A stretch of DNA of 64,000 nt from Epiperipatus broadwayi (Eukaryota; Animalia; Onychophora). Shown one piece after another: positions 50,781-64,000 of the stretch (positions within the stretch are counted from its first letter, which is position 1; the number at the start of each line of letters is the position of its first letter). The notes beneath the pieces were generated by a model. That model saw only the letters and a list, made by a program, of their open reading frames with translations, did no database searches and was not told the origin of the DNA. The stretch is from NCBI GenBank assembly GCA_028023455.1, contig JAQFVV010000005.1:7502001-7566000 (forward strand). The letters are read 5' to 3'. A program made the position numbers and the translations under genes.

Positions 50781-53693
50781 TTTATATTGAACCAGATGCT
50801 ATATCCGATTCAAAGATCCCTTCACAAAATTAATACAAAGTATTATTTTTATAAAGTTATTTAAAAGTTTTATGGGATATAGCACACATATGCAGCTATA
50901 TTGTAAAATTTTGTAATTTTAAATTTCATCTTCAACAGATTTTATTTGTTACTTTAAAATAAGTTTTTTCTGACACTTTTTTTTTTATAAACAAAAATCA
51001 AATTGTAAAATCCTTCCAATTAAAAGTTTTAATCTTTGTGTTTTTTTTTTTTTTTTTTTTTGAGAAAGCTTTTAATTTCAGAAAGTTAATTGCATTCCTG
51101 TTTCTTTTATTTTAATTACAATCCATTTTTAGTTTAATTTAAAAAGCAGAGATTTAATTTTGCATTGTTTTTTTCTATAAGATAATCCCTAGTTAGAATT
51201 CTTAATTAAGGTTGAGCGAGAGATAGAGATTTGCCCTGGGTTAAGTCTTATAATTGAAAAACAAGAAAGATTATGCAGGAGATAGAGAGAGAGGATATAA
51301 ATAACCCCAAAAATTTTGGACATGATTATTCTTGGCTTGATCAAGCTAATGCTGCTTGAAAGTGATTCATTCAGCCTTTTATAATTCTGCTATTAATTAT
51401 CACGCATAGATATTAACCTGCTGAGATTTGTATTGTGTTGACAGTCTGGACATATTTTTTTTCTTAAAGTTTGCTTTCACAAGATAACTAAATTCACTGC
51501 TATGTATATTCAACCCTACAACATGCCTTGTTAACTTACCTAAGGATGGACTCCCTGATTTGTTCTTCCAGTCATGCCATGAAAATCTGAAGTAAAAAGG
51601 ATCCCAAAATATGCTTCTACCCTTGCCGCCATGAAGAAATGAAGCCACCTGAAAATTTGAACTCAAAATAAATGTATGCACTCTCTGAAAAACCCCATGG
51701 ACTCTGATTTGCCGTAAGGTAAAAATATTTTTTATTCTTTCCAGGGTATATAAATCTTTAGTTAAATCTCTGCTCAATCTACAAATAAATCTGTTGTATA
51801 AAGTTTTACTAGTTATTTAATCTCATAATTATTATATGTATCTGCTTTTCTTTGTATTTATAGTGTGTTTTGGAATCTTAGTTTTAAGATTCCATGTTTG
51901 TTTTCAATTTTATTTATTGGGGAGTGTATTGTAAGATTGTATTTTAAATGCTTACTATGCCTTCTTTGTTATTATTAATTCTTACTAAATGCTCTGGCAG
52001 TTTTTCATAATTTCAGTTTGTGCACTTGTCCCTATTTTGTCGTCCAATAATTAATTTAAGTTAATATGTTTATGCTTCTTGCAAACTGCAAATATTTTGG
52101 CTGGTGGTTTATTGTGTTTTGTTATTCTAGTTTTTCTGTAGTTGGAGATTTCATTTCTTCTTTTCTAGGTTATGTAAGACCACAACCATTCTTCAGGTTT
52201 GTTTTGTCTTATATGTGAAATTAACTGTGAATTGCCTTGAACATTGGTACATCATAAGCTATCCTACATATGATGTCTCTAGTTCCAATGTACTAGAGAA
52301 TGCTCATCTTGCACTGTTCATTAATTTCCTACAAGACTATTCTTTTTTTATATCTCTGAATTAGGAAACTAGAATTGTTGTTCTTTTATAAATCGCCAGC
52401 AGGAAGATACTATTAATTCCCTTTTAAATTGTAGGTGAGAGAACAAACCTTTCTGCCAAAGCTTTTAATGTTTTAATATTTGCAGAACTCATATACACTC
52501 TCTGATGAATATGCTTATAAAAATCTAGGTCAAACTTTCATATTCTGTTTGCTAGATTTACTTTATTTCGTTTATTGAATTTAATAAAATTTTCACATTA
52601 GTTTAAATTATTTTGGCTAATGTTTATCTATATGTTTCATTTTTTTAATTGTCTGAACAATAGTTAAGATCTCTTGCTGGTTACCTGGGTCTAGTCAATG
52701 CAAAACATCATCACCATCCACTTTTGATCATGGTAAACAAATTTTCCAGATATGCAGTGATCTAGTGGTGCCCTCTGTGATCAAGGGTAGATTGCGTGAC
52801 TTACAATATATAATATTAATATATACATATATAGTACCCTCACCAAAGGAAAACTAAGAGATACCACACTAAACTACAGTCAAGTTACATAACCAATGAT
52901 TATTAAGGCAATTAAGATTAAACCTAGTTCAAGATACACTATTAACATACAGTACCTAATAAAATCAATATTTCCTAATAATTAACTATAAGAAATGTAT
53001 TAAATTAAAATAAAATAATATTTATGTTTACAATAAATAATTAGGGTTTTAACTAGAATACTCATCTCATTCATTTTGCTAATAAATTTAATTTATAACT
53101 AGCTCATTATTATAAATAAAATATGGTTCGATTAAAATAACAAATACAATTATGAAACTCTTTACATGAAATGTTCAGTAAAGTACAATGGCTTAAACAT
53201 TGAGGATACATCTCTAATGATATATTCCCAATGGCATAAGAATATTACCCCACCAAATTCACATAACAAAACTACCATTAATATTCTCATATCTTTAAAC
53301 ACACATAATAATTCTTACATACGATTTACAAATTTATTATAGAAATAACAATAAATTAATTAGTACTTTTTTGATAAAAATACTAATTAAAAATTTAACA
53401 TCAACTGATAATTCTTATTTATCTTTTAATACAAATTTTACAATTCTTTTAAAAGTAATCTCAGGTTCATTTTAAGACTAATAATAAAATTAATTAATTA
53501 AAATCCTATAGTTAAATATGATGAAGAATTTTACATAATATTTAACTACCCTTACAAAAATATCAACAATAAACAACTAAAATACCTTGATGACTCTTAA
53601 CATTAAATCCATTTAAAAATTAATATTAAGCAATAAAACATAAATAAATTGATAAGGTTCTGGAAAACATTGTATAATCTTCATTTATTTTAT

Positions 53694-53775
53694 GTGGCAT
53701 TCTTAAAATATAATATATTTTAATATAGTGGCATTCTTAAAATATAATATATTTTAATATAGTGGCATTATTAAA
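53694..53775. repeat. 34-bp tandem repeat, ~2.4 copies
   Basis: gtggcattcttaaaatataatatattttaatata units start at 53694, 53728 and 53762. Confidence 0.9.
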
Positions 53776-56700
53776 TATTTCAAATGGATATTGGATCATT
53801 TTAAAATAATCAATGATTATTTTTTCTATAATAATAATATACTTTATTACTCAATCATGTAATAGTAATAATACTTAAATAATCTTTACTAATCATGTAC
53901 AAACAATGTTCAAAACCCTTAATTTCTTATGGATCATGCATATGGAATGAAGAATCAATTAATTACACTCAGACAACTTTTAACAATGAAGTAATTTTAA
54001 AACAATTAATAATTTTATTATAATTGAACAGCATTATAGCTATTATAAAATAAGATTATAAAAATTAAAAAAATATTTACAAACTGTAATATATAAAAAT
54101 TAACATTATCTAAAATTGAAATAATTATACAACAAATATTACAAGTAAATAAAGAATAAGATAGCCTTCATTCCGACTACCTAGAAATAAAATAAAATCT
54201 TACAGTAATAATGATAATATACTATTTTTATTTAATAAAAACAATAACATTCTATTGTTTTGTGGTGGGAAAATAATAACAATAAATATTCCAATTTCTA
54301 AACTTAATACTACATTTATAATATTTTAAAGAATATATTTCCCACTGCATAGTTCTTAAGTATAAGTTTAGATTTAAAATACTTCTAACTAAACTCAACA
54401 CAAAGTAAAAAATATTTTAAAATTATTAAAATACTTCCTTTGCAGTTCAGCAAAGTATCATCTTAATATTTTAATATAATCTGATATTCTACTAAAAAAG
54501 TGGACTCTCTAACCCAATTTGCATAAATTTAAATATTCATCACACATATTTTCCATTGTTCTCATTCAACACACTGACTATGATTATAAGAAAATAAAAC
54601 TTCTCAAAAGTGCTCAGCCATTAATCTTATTATCTGTAATTAGTTTCACTAATACCTGGGTTTTAGAACATTTAGACATATATTTAAGCATTTTTTTCAT
54701 AGTCGTTTATTCACATCTTTCCACTTGTTAATCAGAAATTACCCCAATTATCAAACATAAATCATTTAAATCATGAAAATTTTAAATGCTTATAAACAAT
54801 TATACAATTATTTTTAGTGTATTTACTATAGAAGTACATGACATTTAAATTTATGAGTCACAGTTCATCAATTTGTATCACTTTGATTCAATTTGCTTAT
54901 GCCAAGTCACTGTATATATTTATTTTATATCAGTTTCATATTAGGTCATAGTTGTTATTATTTTGATAAGATTCAATTTATACAAGAACTTAAATATATT
55001 TAGAAGTTTTTAAAATAGATTTATTCTAAGATGTTTAGGATAGCTACCAAATCCCATGCCTATTCTTAATATCAGTGTAATTTTAGCTTATTTTATTCTA
55101 AATTTAAGAGACCATGTATTTTATTTAGTAAGATTATTGTTATTATTATAATTATGATAAGACATTAGCTTAGGTAAAGTGTATATCTTATTTATTGTAT
55201 TTTAAGTAGAATTTTATTCATTCTGAATACATCTGTAGAGTCAAAAGGATTTATGAAAACATTACCCTGAGATACCTTATATAATTTCAAGAACTGTAAT
55301 ATTAAAATTATTTTAATATTGAAATTTTACATTCAAAAAATAAATTGTGAATGGCATAAATTATAAAAGAACACTTTAAATATTTTAAGAACTAAATATT
55401 ATCTCAAGTGATCAAAGCAATGACATGCTTAGAAGTTGCATGTAAGAGGATTAGAAGATCTTTACAAGGTGAATAAAAATGATAGTTGTATTAGATTTTA
55501 AAGAAAGAACTTTAAATGTAACCTTAATGGCATATGTTTATAATATGTATGACAGAATAAGATGAGTTTCTCCTCCTCTTAATGATTAATAGTGTTACTT
55601 TGTATCTTATTATATTTTATTATAATTATTACCCTGTATAACTTGGTATTCTAAGATAGATTATTATTTGAACTTGCTCAGCATAGCTATAGCTTAAAGC
55701 ATTTACCATTTATAGCTTTATATTGGGATTTGAGTTCATCATTGAGAATTGTAGTATTATAACTCATATTTTTTATTCTACCTTCTCTAGATTACAATAT
55801 ATATATATATATATATTGAAGGTGAGGTCTTACATCCCTTCAGTACCATTAAAAACACCCTTTGCCTGACCCAATATAACAACATTATCTACCAACCACA
55901 ATATCAATGATAATGAAAATCAAATAGAATTCATTACAAAAAAAAAAAAAACGAAAGTAGTCACAAGCACTGTAGCTGATAAACAATTAATTGTATTTCC
56001 AATTAAATGTGTAATTTTGTTTTTACGATAAATACATTATCTTAATTAAACCATAAAATGTAGACATGAACACTAACTACCCTTCATTAAAAACATCTCA
56101 TCAGTTGTTATGTAACTCATATACATTATAACATTACGAGGAAAATATGATCGGATAGATTTAGATGCAAGCAAGAAATGAAAATTATTTTAAGAAAAGA
56201 AATTAATAAAAAATTTTGTTATTAATATAATATATATTGTAACAGGGGTTGGGATTAAACCGTGTTCCAAAGCAAGGGATTTTGTAGTCATATATATATA
56301 TATACATTGTGCCCTTTTCTATAGGTCAGTAATAATTCATAACAGTCAATTACTAAAAAATTTTAAATTTAGAATATGTTCTTTTAATACATTAATTATA
56401 TTAAGTCAATTATATCTTTAAAGTACAATTTGAAGCTAAAGAGAATACGTAGTATATAAAATCATTTAAAAATAGTTATATAAAGCTTAAAATATTGTTT
56501 CATATGGTTGTAAAAGCTGGCCATATTAAATAACACAGCTATAAATAATTAAAAGTATATTTAAAAATCCGATTTTAATAGTTTAAAACGTATGATTTAA
56601 TAAATGCTATATTTAGATTTGTAATCATATTTAAATAGTAAAAATTAATATAGTATATTTTAAAATAAACTTTATGATGGTGAAAATTATATCTAGTTCT

Positions 56701-59700
56701 ATATTTTCTAAATTATTCTTCCAAATTTTTTATAATTATTTTATATAATATAATAAGTGTATCAATTTTATTAGTCTAGGCAGAGAAATAGATTGAAAAT
56801 CGTCTGTCAAAGTTATTAATCACGTGATTTTTTAATGTATACTATCACACACTGCTTGTTTGAATTAATAACAAAGTTTAAAATATTTTAAAAGTTATAT
56901 TATAGAATTGGATAGAATTATTGCCTATCATAAAAGTAAATAGTATTAAACACTAAGTTAACTATCATATGTAATGTTTAAGTAATGTAATAAAGACGAA
57001 TACAGATATAATAAAAATTAAATATTTTATTTAAATAAAAATAGATAAATTGAATATTAAGAAATGGAATAAGTTATTAAATGTTATTTTAAAAGTTATT
57101 TTAAATGTTTAAATAGTTTTAATAAAATAATAATTTATTTAAAAGTAATATTTTAAAATAATATTTTAGGTTCATTACGTCATCATTTTTTATTTTCAAA
57201 TATAATTCTACTATAAATTGGAAATATGTAAATTTTTTCTCAAGCTAAAGTAAGAATTGGCCAATAAGAATAGGTATCCTTACAGACGATAAATATCGTT
57301 GTAACTAAGTTATAGCGGGAGATTAATAATGTATTGAAACCGAAGAAAGGTAAATTATAACTATCAAAAGATAGTATTTTTAAAAATCTTTTATTTTAGT
57401 CAATTTTTTTTAGTACTTTCTTATAACTTTATCTGCAAAAAAACTAATTGATAATTTTAAAAAATTTTTTTTTGCAAAAGAGAGTATAAACTAAAAATAT
57501 TTTAATAATTTCGTTTAACATGATTTTCTAATTTTTTAAAGTTCTTACCAGTCGTATTTTATCTAAAAGTTTAACCTAAACTACGCAATAAAAAATGGAT
57601 ATACTACAAAATAAAATGGATAGAAATTGTAATACTGTAAAAATATTTGAAATATTTATTGATACAGCTTTATTAATATTTAACCGAAGAACTGTTCTGG
57701 TACATAAAAACCACAGCTCGGACATTATACGGAGTCTAAAAATGTATGGAAACGTATTATTTATAAACTGATCCAAGATTTATTTTTAAATAGTAATAAG
57801 ACAATTATATTTCATGGATTATTTGATATAGTATGATATTCAAAGGAATAAAATGTTATATCCTTTCTAAAGGTAACATTTTTTTAAAAAAATATTTTCG
57901 AGTGCAAAATTTAAGAAAGAACCCAGGAAAATATGTTACAGAAGCGTTTTGGTATTAAAATATCCGTTCTTCGAATTATTTAAAATGTACTTGGAAAAGA
58001 TTTGTTCAAAAGTATTTGAAGTTTTTATTTTAAAAGAGATTTATAAAAAAATACCAAACGAAAGTTTAAATGTATCAAGAAGGAAGCATAGATAAAAAGT
58101 GAACACATAGATGAATAAAAAAAAATAGATCCATGGAAATACAAATAGTACTTAAAAGTTTATCGAATATTTTTAAAAGTTAAATTAGATGGATTGATGC
58201 ATCGGATATGCAGAGAATATTGGTAGAGAAGATTAAGAAGCTTCACGGGATTAATTAATATTATCGTCTTAAAAATTAAAACCAAGGATTATTTTCTAAA
58301 TTTTACTAAATGGATTAATAATTATTTTGTTTTAAACTTTAACGCGCTTAGAGAAGAACATTTTTTGAAAAACTCTAGAGAAAATAATAAGCATTTTGGA
58401 TTTATCAGGAACTATCGTCAAGAAAATATGTAACTATAGTTTTGATTCTTTTTATTTTGTTAACCTAGTTTAAATCTAAAATTTTATATAAGATTAGGAA
58501 AAAACATAAAAACATTAATTTATTAATATTAAAATTTTATAATATAACAATCTAATAATTTAGCTAAAAAATATTTTAATATAAAGTGTATGGGTGTGAA
58601 TTTTTTTTTATATCTGCAATGCTCAAGTGGATAAAGAAAAGCCTACTGAACACGATGACTAGATAAAGGTTATTGGTAATAATAATAACTATTGATAATT
58701 TATAATGTATATATTTTTTTGTTTTCTTTAGATCATCCATAAATTGGAAGAATGAAGTGTAAAAGTTTTTTTTTAATTATATGTACCGCATTTTTATACA
58801 ACATTTTAAAAAAACATTATGAGATAGGATTGATTTGAAAATATGCATACGACAATTTTTTTTTGATTTTTTTTTATTAGTAATATAATCCAACATAACA
58901 AATAATTATGTGATTCTTTTAAAATTTTCATGTTATGGGATATTCAAATATTGTCTAAGTAGATCGTATATGATTAAACATACAGAGCAATGAAGTAAGC
59001 AACTTTTCTTATGGGATAGTAAGATTGTTTAACTATTAATGAATTTTATTTATTGTTTTGTAAATGCAGATAGTTATTTTATCGATGTAAGATGTAGAAA
59101 AATCTTGAGAAATAATGTTGAGATAGTGGCTTGGAAGTACTATAGTTAGCAGGAAACCAAGATGATGTATATTTAAAATAGGATATGATAAGGAATGGGA
59201 ATAATATTTAGTCTTTATGTGGTTATCAGCATAGTTAACATAGCCCTATGACTGATACACATTTTATTTGGACAGTGTTTATATTACTTTAAATATTTGA
59301 TGTTCTAATAAAGCTGAAGAAATAGCTTTAACATCGTCCCTGTACTAGAGGATATTAGGCAGATAAATGTCCTACCTCTTCGCACTGTGCCATGATTTTG
59401 AGATATGTTAAGAATAATACTCTAGCTTTCTTCCTTAATCCTATGCATCTGTTTTCGCTATCTTTATTTCATGTAACTGCATCGTTTAGTAAGATATGTT
59501 TAAGAGAAATGATAAATAATTTAGAACTAAGGTTGTGCTATCGTTTTTTTGGATAAGATTAGTTTATTTGCTTATAAGGAGCAGAATGTTATAACTTAAA
59601 ATTGAAGATCCAAAGTGTCCTAGGGAAAGAAAAGAATCATAAAATATATTTTGAATTTTATTTCGGAAATGAAATATAAAATTTTTAAAATAAGGTATCT

Positions 59701-62700
59701 AAACAAAGATATTTTTTTTAAAGTGATAATAATTTTAAATGCTTTAGTATTATTTTTTTTTAAGAGAAAAATAAGTATTGCATATTTTTTTTTAAAATAC
59801 AATAGTACAAAGTAGATTATGTAAACAATATGCATAGTATATTTTTGTTTATTGATTAACAGAAATCTATTAATGATTAAACTTATATCATACTAAAGTA
59901 AGGCTTAAAGAAGAATATATTATGATTAGTAAACATTGTGTGATAAATACTAAAATCTAGTACTGAATTTTGGATAATAGTTTGTGTAACATCTTTGACT
60001 TTGCAAGATGAATTTTTTTTTTAATATTTTGAGAAATCCATACTCATTATAAAATTTTGTTTTCTATAGAATGTTTGTTCTAAATATGAATTTTTTTTTT
60101 TTAAAATAAGATAGTTTAATAATATTAAGGATAAAATGCTGTTGCTAATAAAGTAGATAAATATACTTGTAATAAGTTAACCATGATGAGAAACCAAATA
60201 ATAACATTTTTTTTAAATTTTGTCCTAAATCTAAATAAAGACATGATTGAAATATAAATTATTTTTTTTTATAACTCGTAAATCAAACTGTAAAGTAAAA
60301 AAAAAAGGTTAAGGATATCCACTGTAAATAATGTAAATAAATTGTTTAGTTATTTATTGTTAGTAATAAACTTTGTTAAATTTTGTTATTTAAAAAATTT
60401 TGTGTCAGAGTTATTTATTTCTCCACATCGCTGCATGAAAACACGATATATGCATAATAACTGAAACAAATATATAATTTTGCACAAAAGATAAATAAAG
60501 AATTATTTTAAGAATTTTAAATATTTTATTGGTATTCATTATAATTAAATAATCATAATCTTACATTATTTTATTGGTCATAAATCAGTTATCACAATAT
60601 TATATTAAATTATATGCTATCAGTTGCCACACATATTTTGTTTGTCAGATTATTAAAATGCTACCACGTATTTATTATATCATTACATGAAGAATATTAT
60701 TATTGTTATTTATTATTATTAGTTTAAGTGTAGTAGATTATGACATAAAATCCCTTCTCATATTTTACTACCGTATTTTTAAATTAACTTAGAATAAACT
60801 TTATGAACCTGAGATTATTTTATTGAGCTAGATTATTATTAAATAGAAGATTAAGATTTAATTATTAGTTTAATCTTAGTGAGTAGAAGTTATTAAAGTC
60901 GTAAGAATACTATGAGTTTGTTATTTGAAATAGTAATAAAGGGGGATAGTGTTCTTATGCCATTGAGGTAGTATCCTGTAGGATATTGGCTCAATGTAAT
61001 CTATCTTGTCACCTGTATTTTCACTTCAAGTCTCATGAAAATATTGAATATTTATTTAATTTATTTTTATAAACTGAACCTTATTCGTATTTTAAATTTG
61101 AGCTAGTGAAATATTTTAATTTTAGTACTGAATATTTTAGTTATTAATTATTAACTGAGATAGAACCTGTTTTATTTTATACCATATGTTATTCGGAAGT
61201 GAAGATGCATAATTACAGGGCAGAATATAGATATTATTACTATCTCTATGTTATACATATTGGATTTTTGTATTTGTTTTTTCTAAAATGATTTTTTAAA
61301 AAAAGAGTTAAAACAGATATAAATGGAGGTTTACGCTCATTTATATTAATGAAATATGTGTGTGTATATGTTATTGTATAGGCAGGTGAACGGAAAGAAT
61401 CGTCTGGAAAAGCAGATATTATCTGTTATTTTTGTAACTGAATTTGTCGTATTTTTAATAAAAATATGAAAATAAAGAAATATGTAAATGAAAAAGAAAA
61501 AAAAAGAGAGAAATTAAATAAATATATAGTGAAATGCTGTTACTGGAGGTATTGTTTTAAGGTATTTTCAGATACCATGTGATAGGATATCAAAAATACC
61601 TAACATTTTAAAGATTAGAACTTGTTAGAAAGCAAAAAAAAAGGAGATATAAATATAACAAAAAATTAGGAGACATTTTTAAGTTTTGCAGTTTGAATTT
61701 GTATACTGTTATTTTGTTCATGATATAGATTTTTACATCAGAAACTTTTTGAAGACTGTTGTTTAAGTAATATATTTAGATATTCACCAGTGGAAGATGA
61801 ACTGGCAGGGGTAAAGCTCTAAATGTGCTGGGCTTTTATCCCATGTTTCTTTTGCCTAAATTACATTAATGCACACTTTCCAAGTGATATTTAGAGGTAG
61901 TCATATTGTCCTACCATTAGGATAAATTATTTGATATTTTCTTTCTTCGTTTGTCTGTATATGTGTACATGCTATTGTTTTATTAAATATATGAGCACAA
62001 TTAAATATTTTTTTTTTTATTAATTCATGTTTTATATATTTAGTTATATATATATGCATGTTGTAGTTATTTAAGTAGTTAATTAATCAAATTCTTACTG
62101 CCTTACCCATATATGTTTTTCACAGTCTAAGTACCACCCACCCTGAATAAGCTAGCCAGCAGCTGGGCATACATGAATAAGCCATGATTACTCTTCTCAT
62201 CACTTCCAGCATAATTCTTATGGGTGCATAAGATTGACACTTGGAGTCACAATAATCTGATGTCCATAAATATGCTGGTTGGGAAATATTAATAAACATT
62301 TAAGTGACATTAAGGCCATCTCAGTCGATACTAAATGGTATCACTAAGTCATAGTTCTCATTAATAATAAAACTGTTATATCAAAGAAATAATTTGAAAG
62401 ATAGCATTAATCTAAAGCAGTCAACTAGTAATGAAAAAAGGCTTAAACCATTACAATACTAATCACAACAAATAATTAATCCAAGTCATAACCATGAACC
62501 TGCTACTTGAAGTCATCAAAATCATATTAAAAAGAATATCCTCATTTTGGGTATTAGAAAAATATAAAAACCAATGACCTTCTCAAATATCTCATCAGCT
62601 GAACAAACTGCACAAAGTTTGAGTGGAGAAATCAGATTTGCAATTCGAACAGAGAATTCAGCCACCATTAAAATGAAACAGTTCAATAAAGCTAAAGTAA

Positions 62701-62809
62701 AGCCATATGGATTCGAACCTAACCAATTAAAGAATTCTAAAGTGAAAATCTCTCAAATTAACTTTGAATTATTCAATATTTTCAAAGTGTTTCCAACTTT
62801 AAGCCAGAA

Positions 62810-63145
62810 ATTAAATTTGGAATGTCTAATAGTAAAGATATTGCTTTTATTCACTTGAGATCTTTTATTAAATATATATAAATAGCAACACATACAATCA
62901 TGCAACCATGGAGCTATAATTGCCAAAACAAGTAAATTCAACCTAGTATTTATCATCTATACTATGAAACACCAAATCTTCTATTAAGAAATGAAGAGAC
63001 AAATTTTACATCTCAAAGCAGGCCATATTAAGAAAGAAATTATAAGTAACATAACAGATGTTCTAGAACACTCGGACCATATCACCTATAACCTGAAATG
63101 GATTAAGGAGGACAATTATAATCTTCTATTAGGACATTTTCCTTA
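62810..63145 (+). pseudogene. possible decayed LINE APE endonuclease start
   Basis: IWNV, DIAFIH (DIxxIQET-like), HGAIIA and NLLLGHF (GDFN-like) appear in the expected order, with stops and frameshifts. Confidence 0.35.
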
Positions 63146-64000
63146 TGAACTCTCAAGCTGTCTTTAGATTGACATCATAATTTTATTTATTTGTTTTATG
63201 TAAATTGCTCTGTTTATCTCTTTACTTTATTACAGATTGAAAGAAGGGGGGGGGGTATACATTATTAAGACATAATAGAAAGGATAAGTATTATTAGCTT
63301 TATTGTAAATTGAAATAAAATATAGATTCAGACATGAACTTGCTTGTGAATTGATCCAATCATCACCAGGGGAGAGGTAAGGTTTTACCCTAATATATAT
63401 TAATTGCCAACATTTGTACAGTGACACTGTTATTTGTTTATTTTTACTAATCGTTTAGTTATTTGTTTTTAGTGTACATGATTAGTATAAATGATCTTTC
63501 CGGTCTTTATTATAATCAAAGACAATAGAAGGAGATTCCATGTCACCACCACATGATTGGTATAAACTAACCATCAAATTATTGGAGATAATAAGAAATT
63601 ATGATTTTGATAAAATAAATTAACAAGAAAATGTAACTTAAATAATCATAAGTTATAAAATAATTTTCCTTTGTGTTAATTATGACATCAAATGGTTATT
63701 TTTTGAAGGGAGTAAGGGGTTGGACTAATAAGTTAAAATGATAATAATCAAAGAATATTCATCGATGTTAAAATAAATTATTTATATTTGTTACAGTTTC
63801 ATTATTAAATCTATATTAACTCTAAATCAATTTGTGAAATATATATAATTTTAAATTAAAGACTATCATTTATTTTTCCATATTGAGTTCTCAATTTGTC
63901 ACATATTTTCACATCCATATATTCTCACAAACTTACACTTATTTGCACATATTCACACATTAAGTAATATTGATATACTCTGAACTAGAAGATTGTGCAT

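Noticed and set aside
52498-52535. CTGATGA hammerhead-like core
   Set aside because: No GAAA, an AT-only 3-bp helix II, and no helix I.
51040-52805. Decayed minus-strand LINE or an 876-bp TGTAAG..CTTACA solo LTR
   Set aside because: The poly-T and coding-like texture are suggestive, but there is no diagnostic motif and the 4-bp flanks mismatch (gtat/atat).
57950-58450. SKVFE and ILDLS as an RT or CRAL-TRIO fragment
   Set aside because: Motif spacing (~130 codons) does not fit RT, there are many stops, and nothing else supports it.
60961-60996. TGAGGTAGTA (let-7 5' end) inside a small hairpin
   Set aside because: Only the first 10 nt match, the hairpin is about 36 nt with its loop inside the would-be mature sequence, and no miR-100 or miR-125 partner is seen. 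Likely chance.
1-64000. CRISPR arrays, rRNA and tRNA genes
   Set aside because: No regularly spaced repeat-spacer array, rRNA-like tract or cloverleaf was seen, and the sequence is eukaryotic TE-rich DNA.

Overview
Very AT-rich, largely CpG-depleted eukaryotic DNA. It is probably arthropod, inferred from the Jockey-clade LINE and the CDYK-type C2H2 array. The window is dominated by transposable elements. (1) 1-17.2 kb is a nested stack. An esterase(SGNH)-ORF1 LINE is split by a partial-tandem Penelope-like element (PLE; RT + GIY-YIG). The PLE is interrupted by a 5.15-kb TGTAACC...GGTTACA insertion with an ATAT duplication, and the LINE 3' part is interrupted by a 2.9-kb Buster-type hAT with a perfect 8-bp TSD. 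(2) An RTE-clade RT remnant lies at about 18-19 kb. (3) The only host-type gene candidate is a decaying C2H2 zinc-finger array at 22.3-23.4 kb. (4) A near full-length, frameshifted Jockey LINE lies on the minus strand at 24.4-29.2 kb. (5) 45-50 kb holds a dense cluster of fold-back structures, MITEs and a PLE RT remnant. It also holds a non-coding ~1-kb element with three copies of a type I hammerhead-ribozyme fold, two in tandem 490 bp apart and one inverted; this retrozyme/PLE-pLTR-like element is the most interesting object in the window. (6) A pogo transposase remnant and further LINE debris follow. No rRNA, tRNA genes or CRISPR arrays were seen. All alignments and coordinates were read by eye, so the boundaries of decayed elements are approximate.
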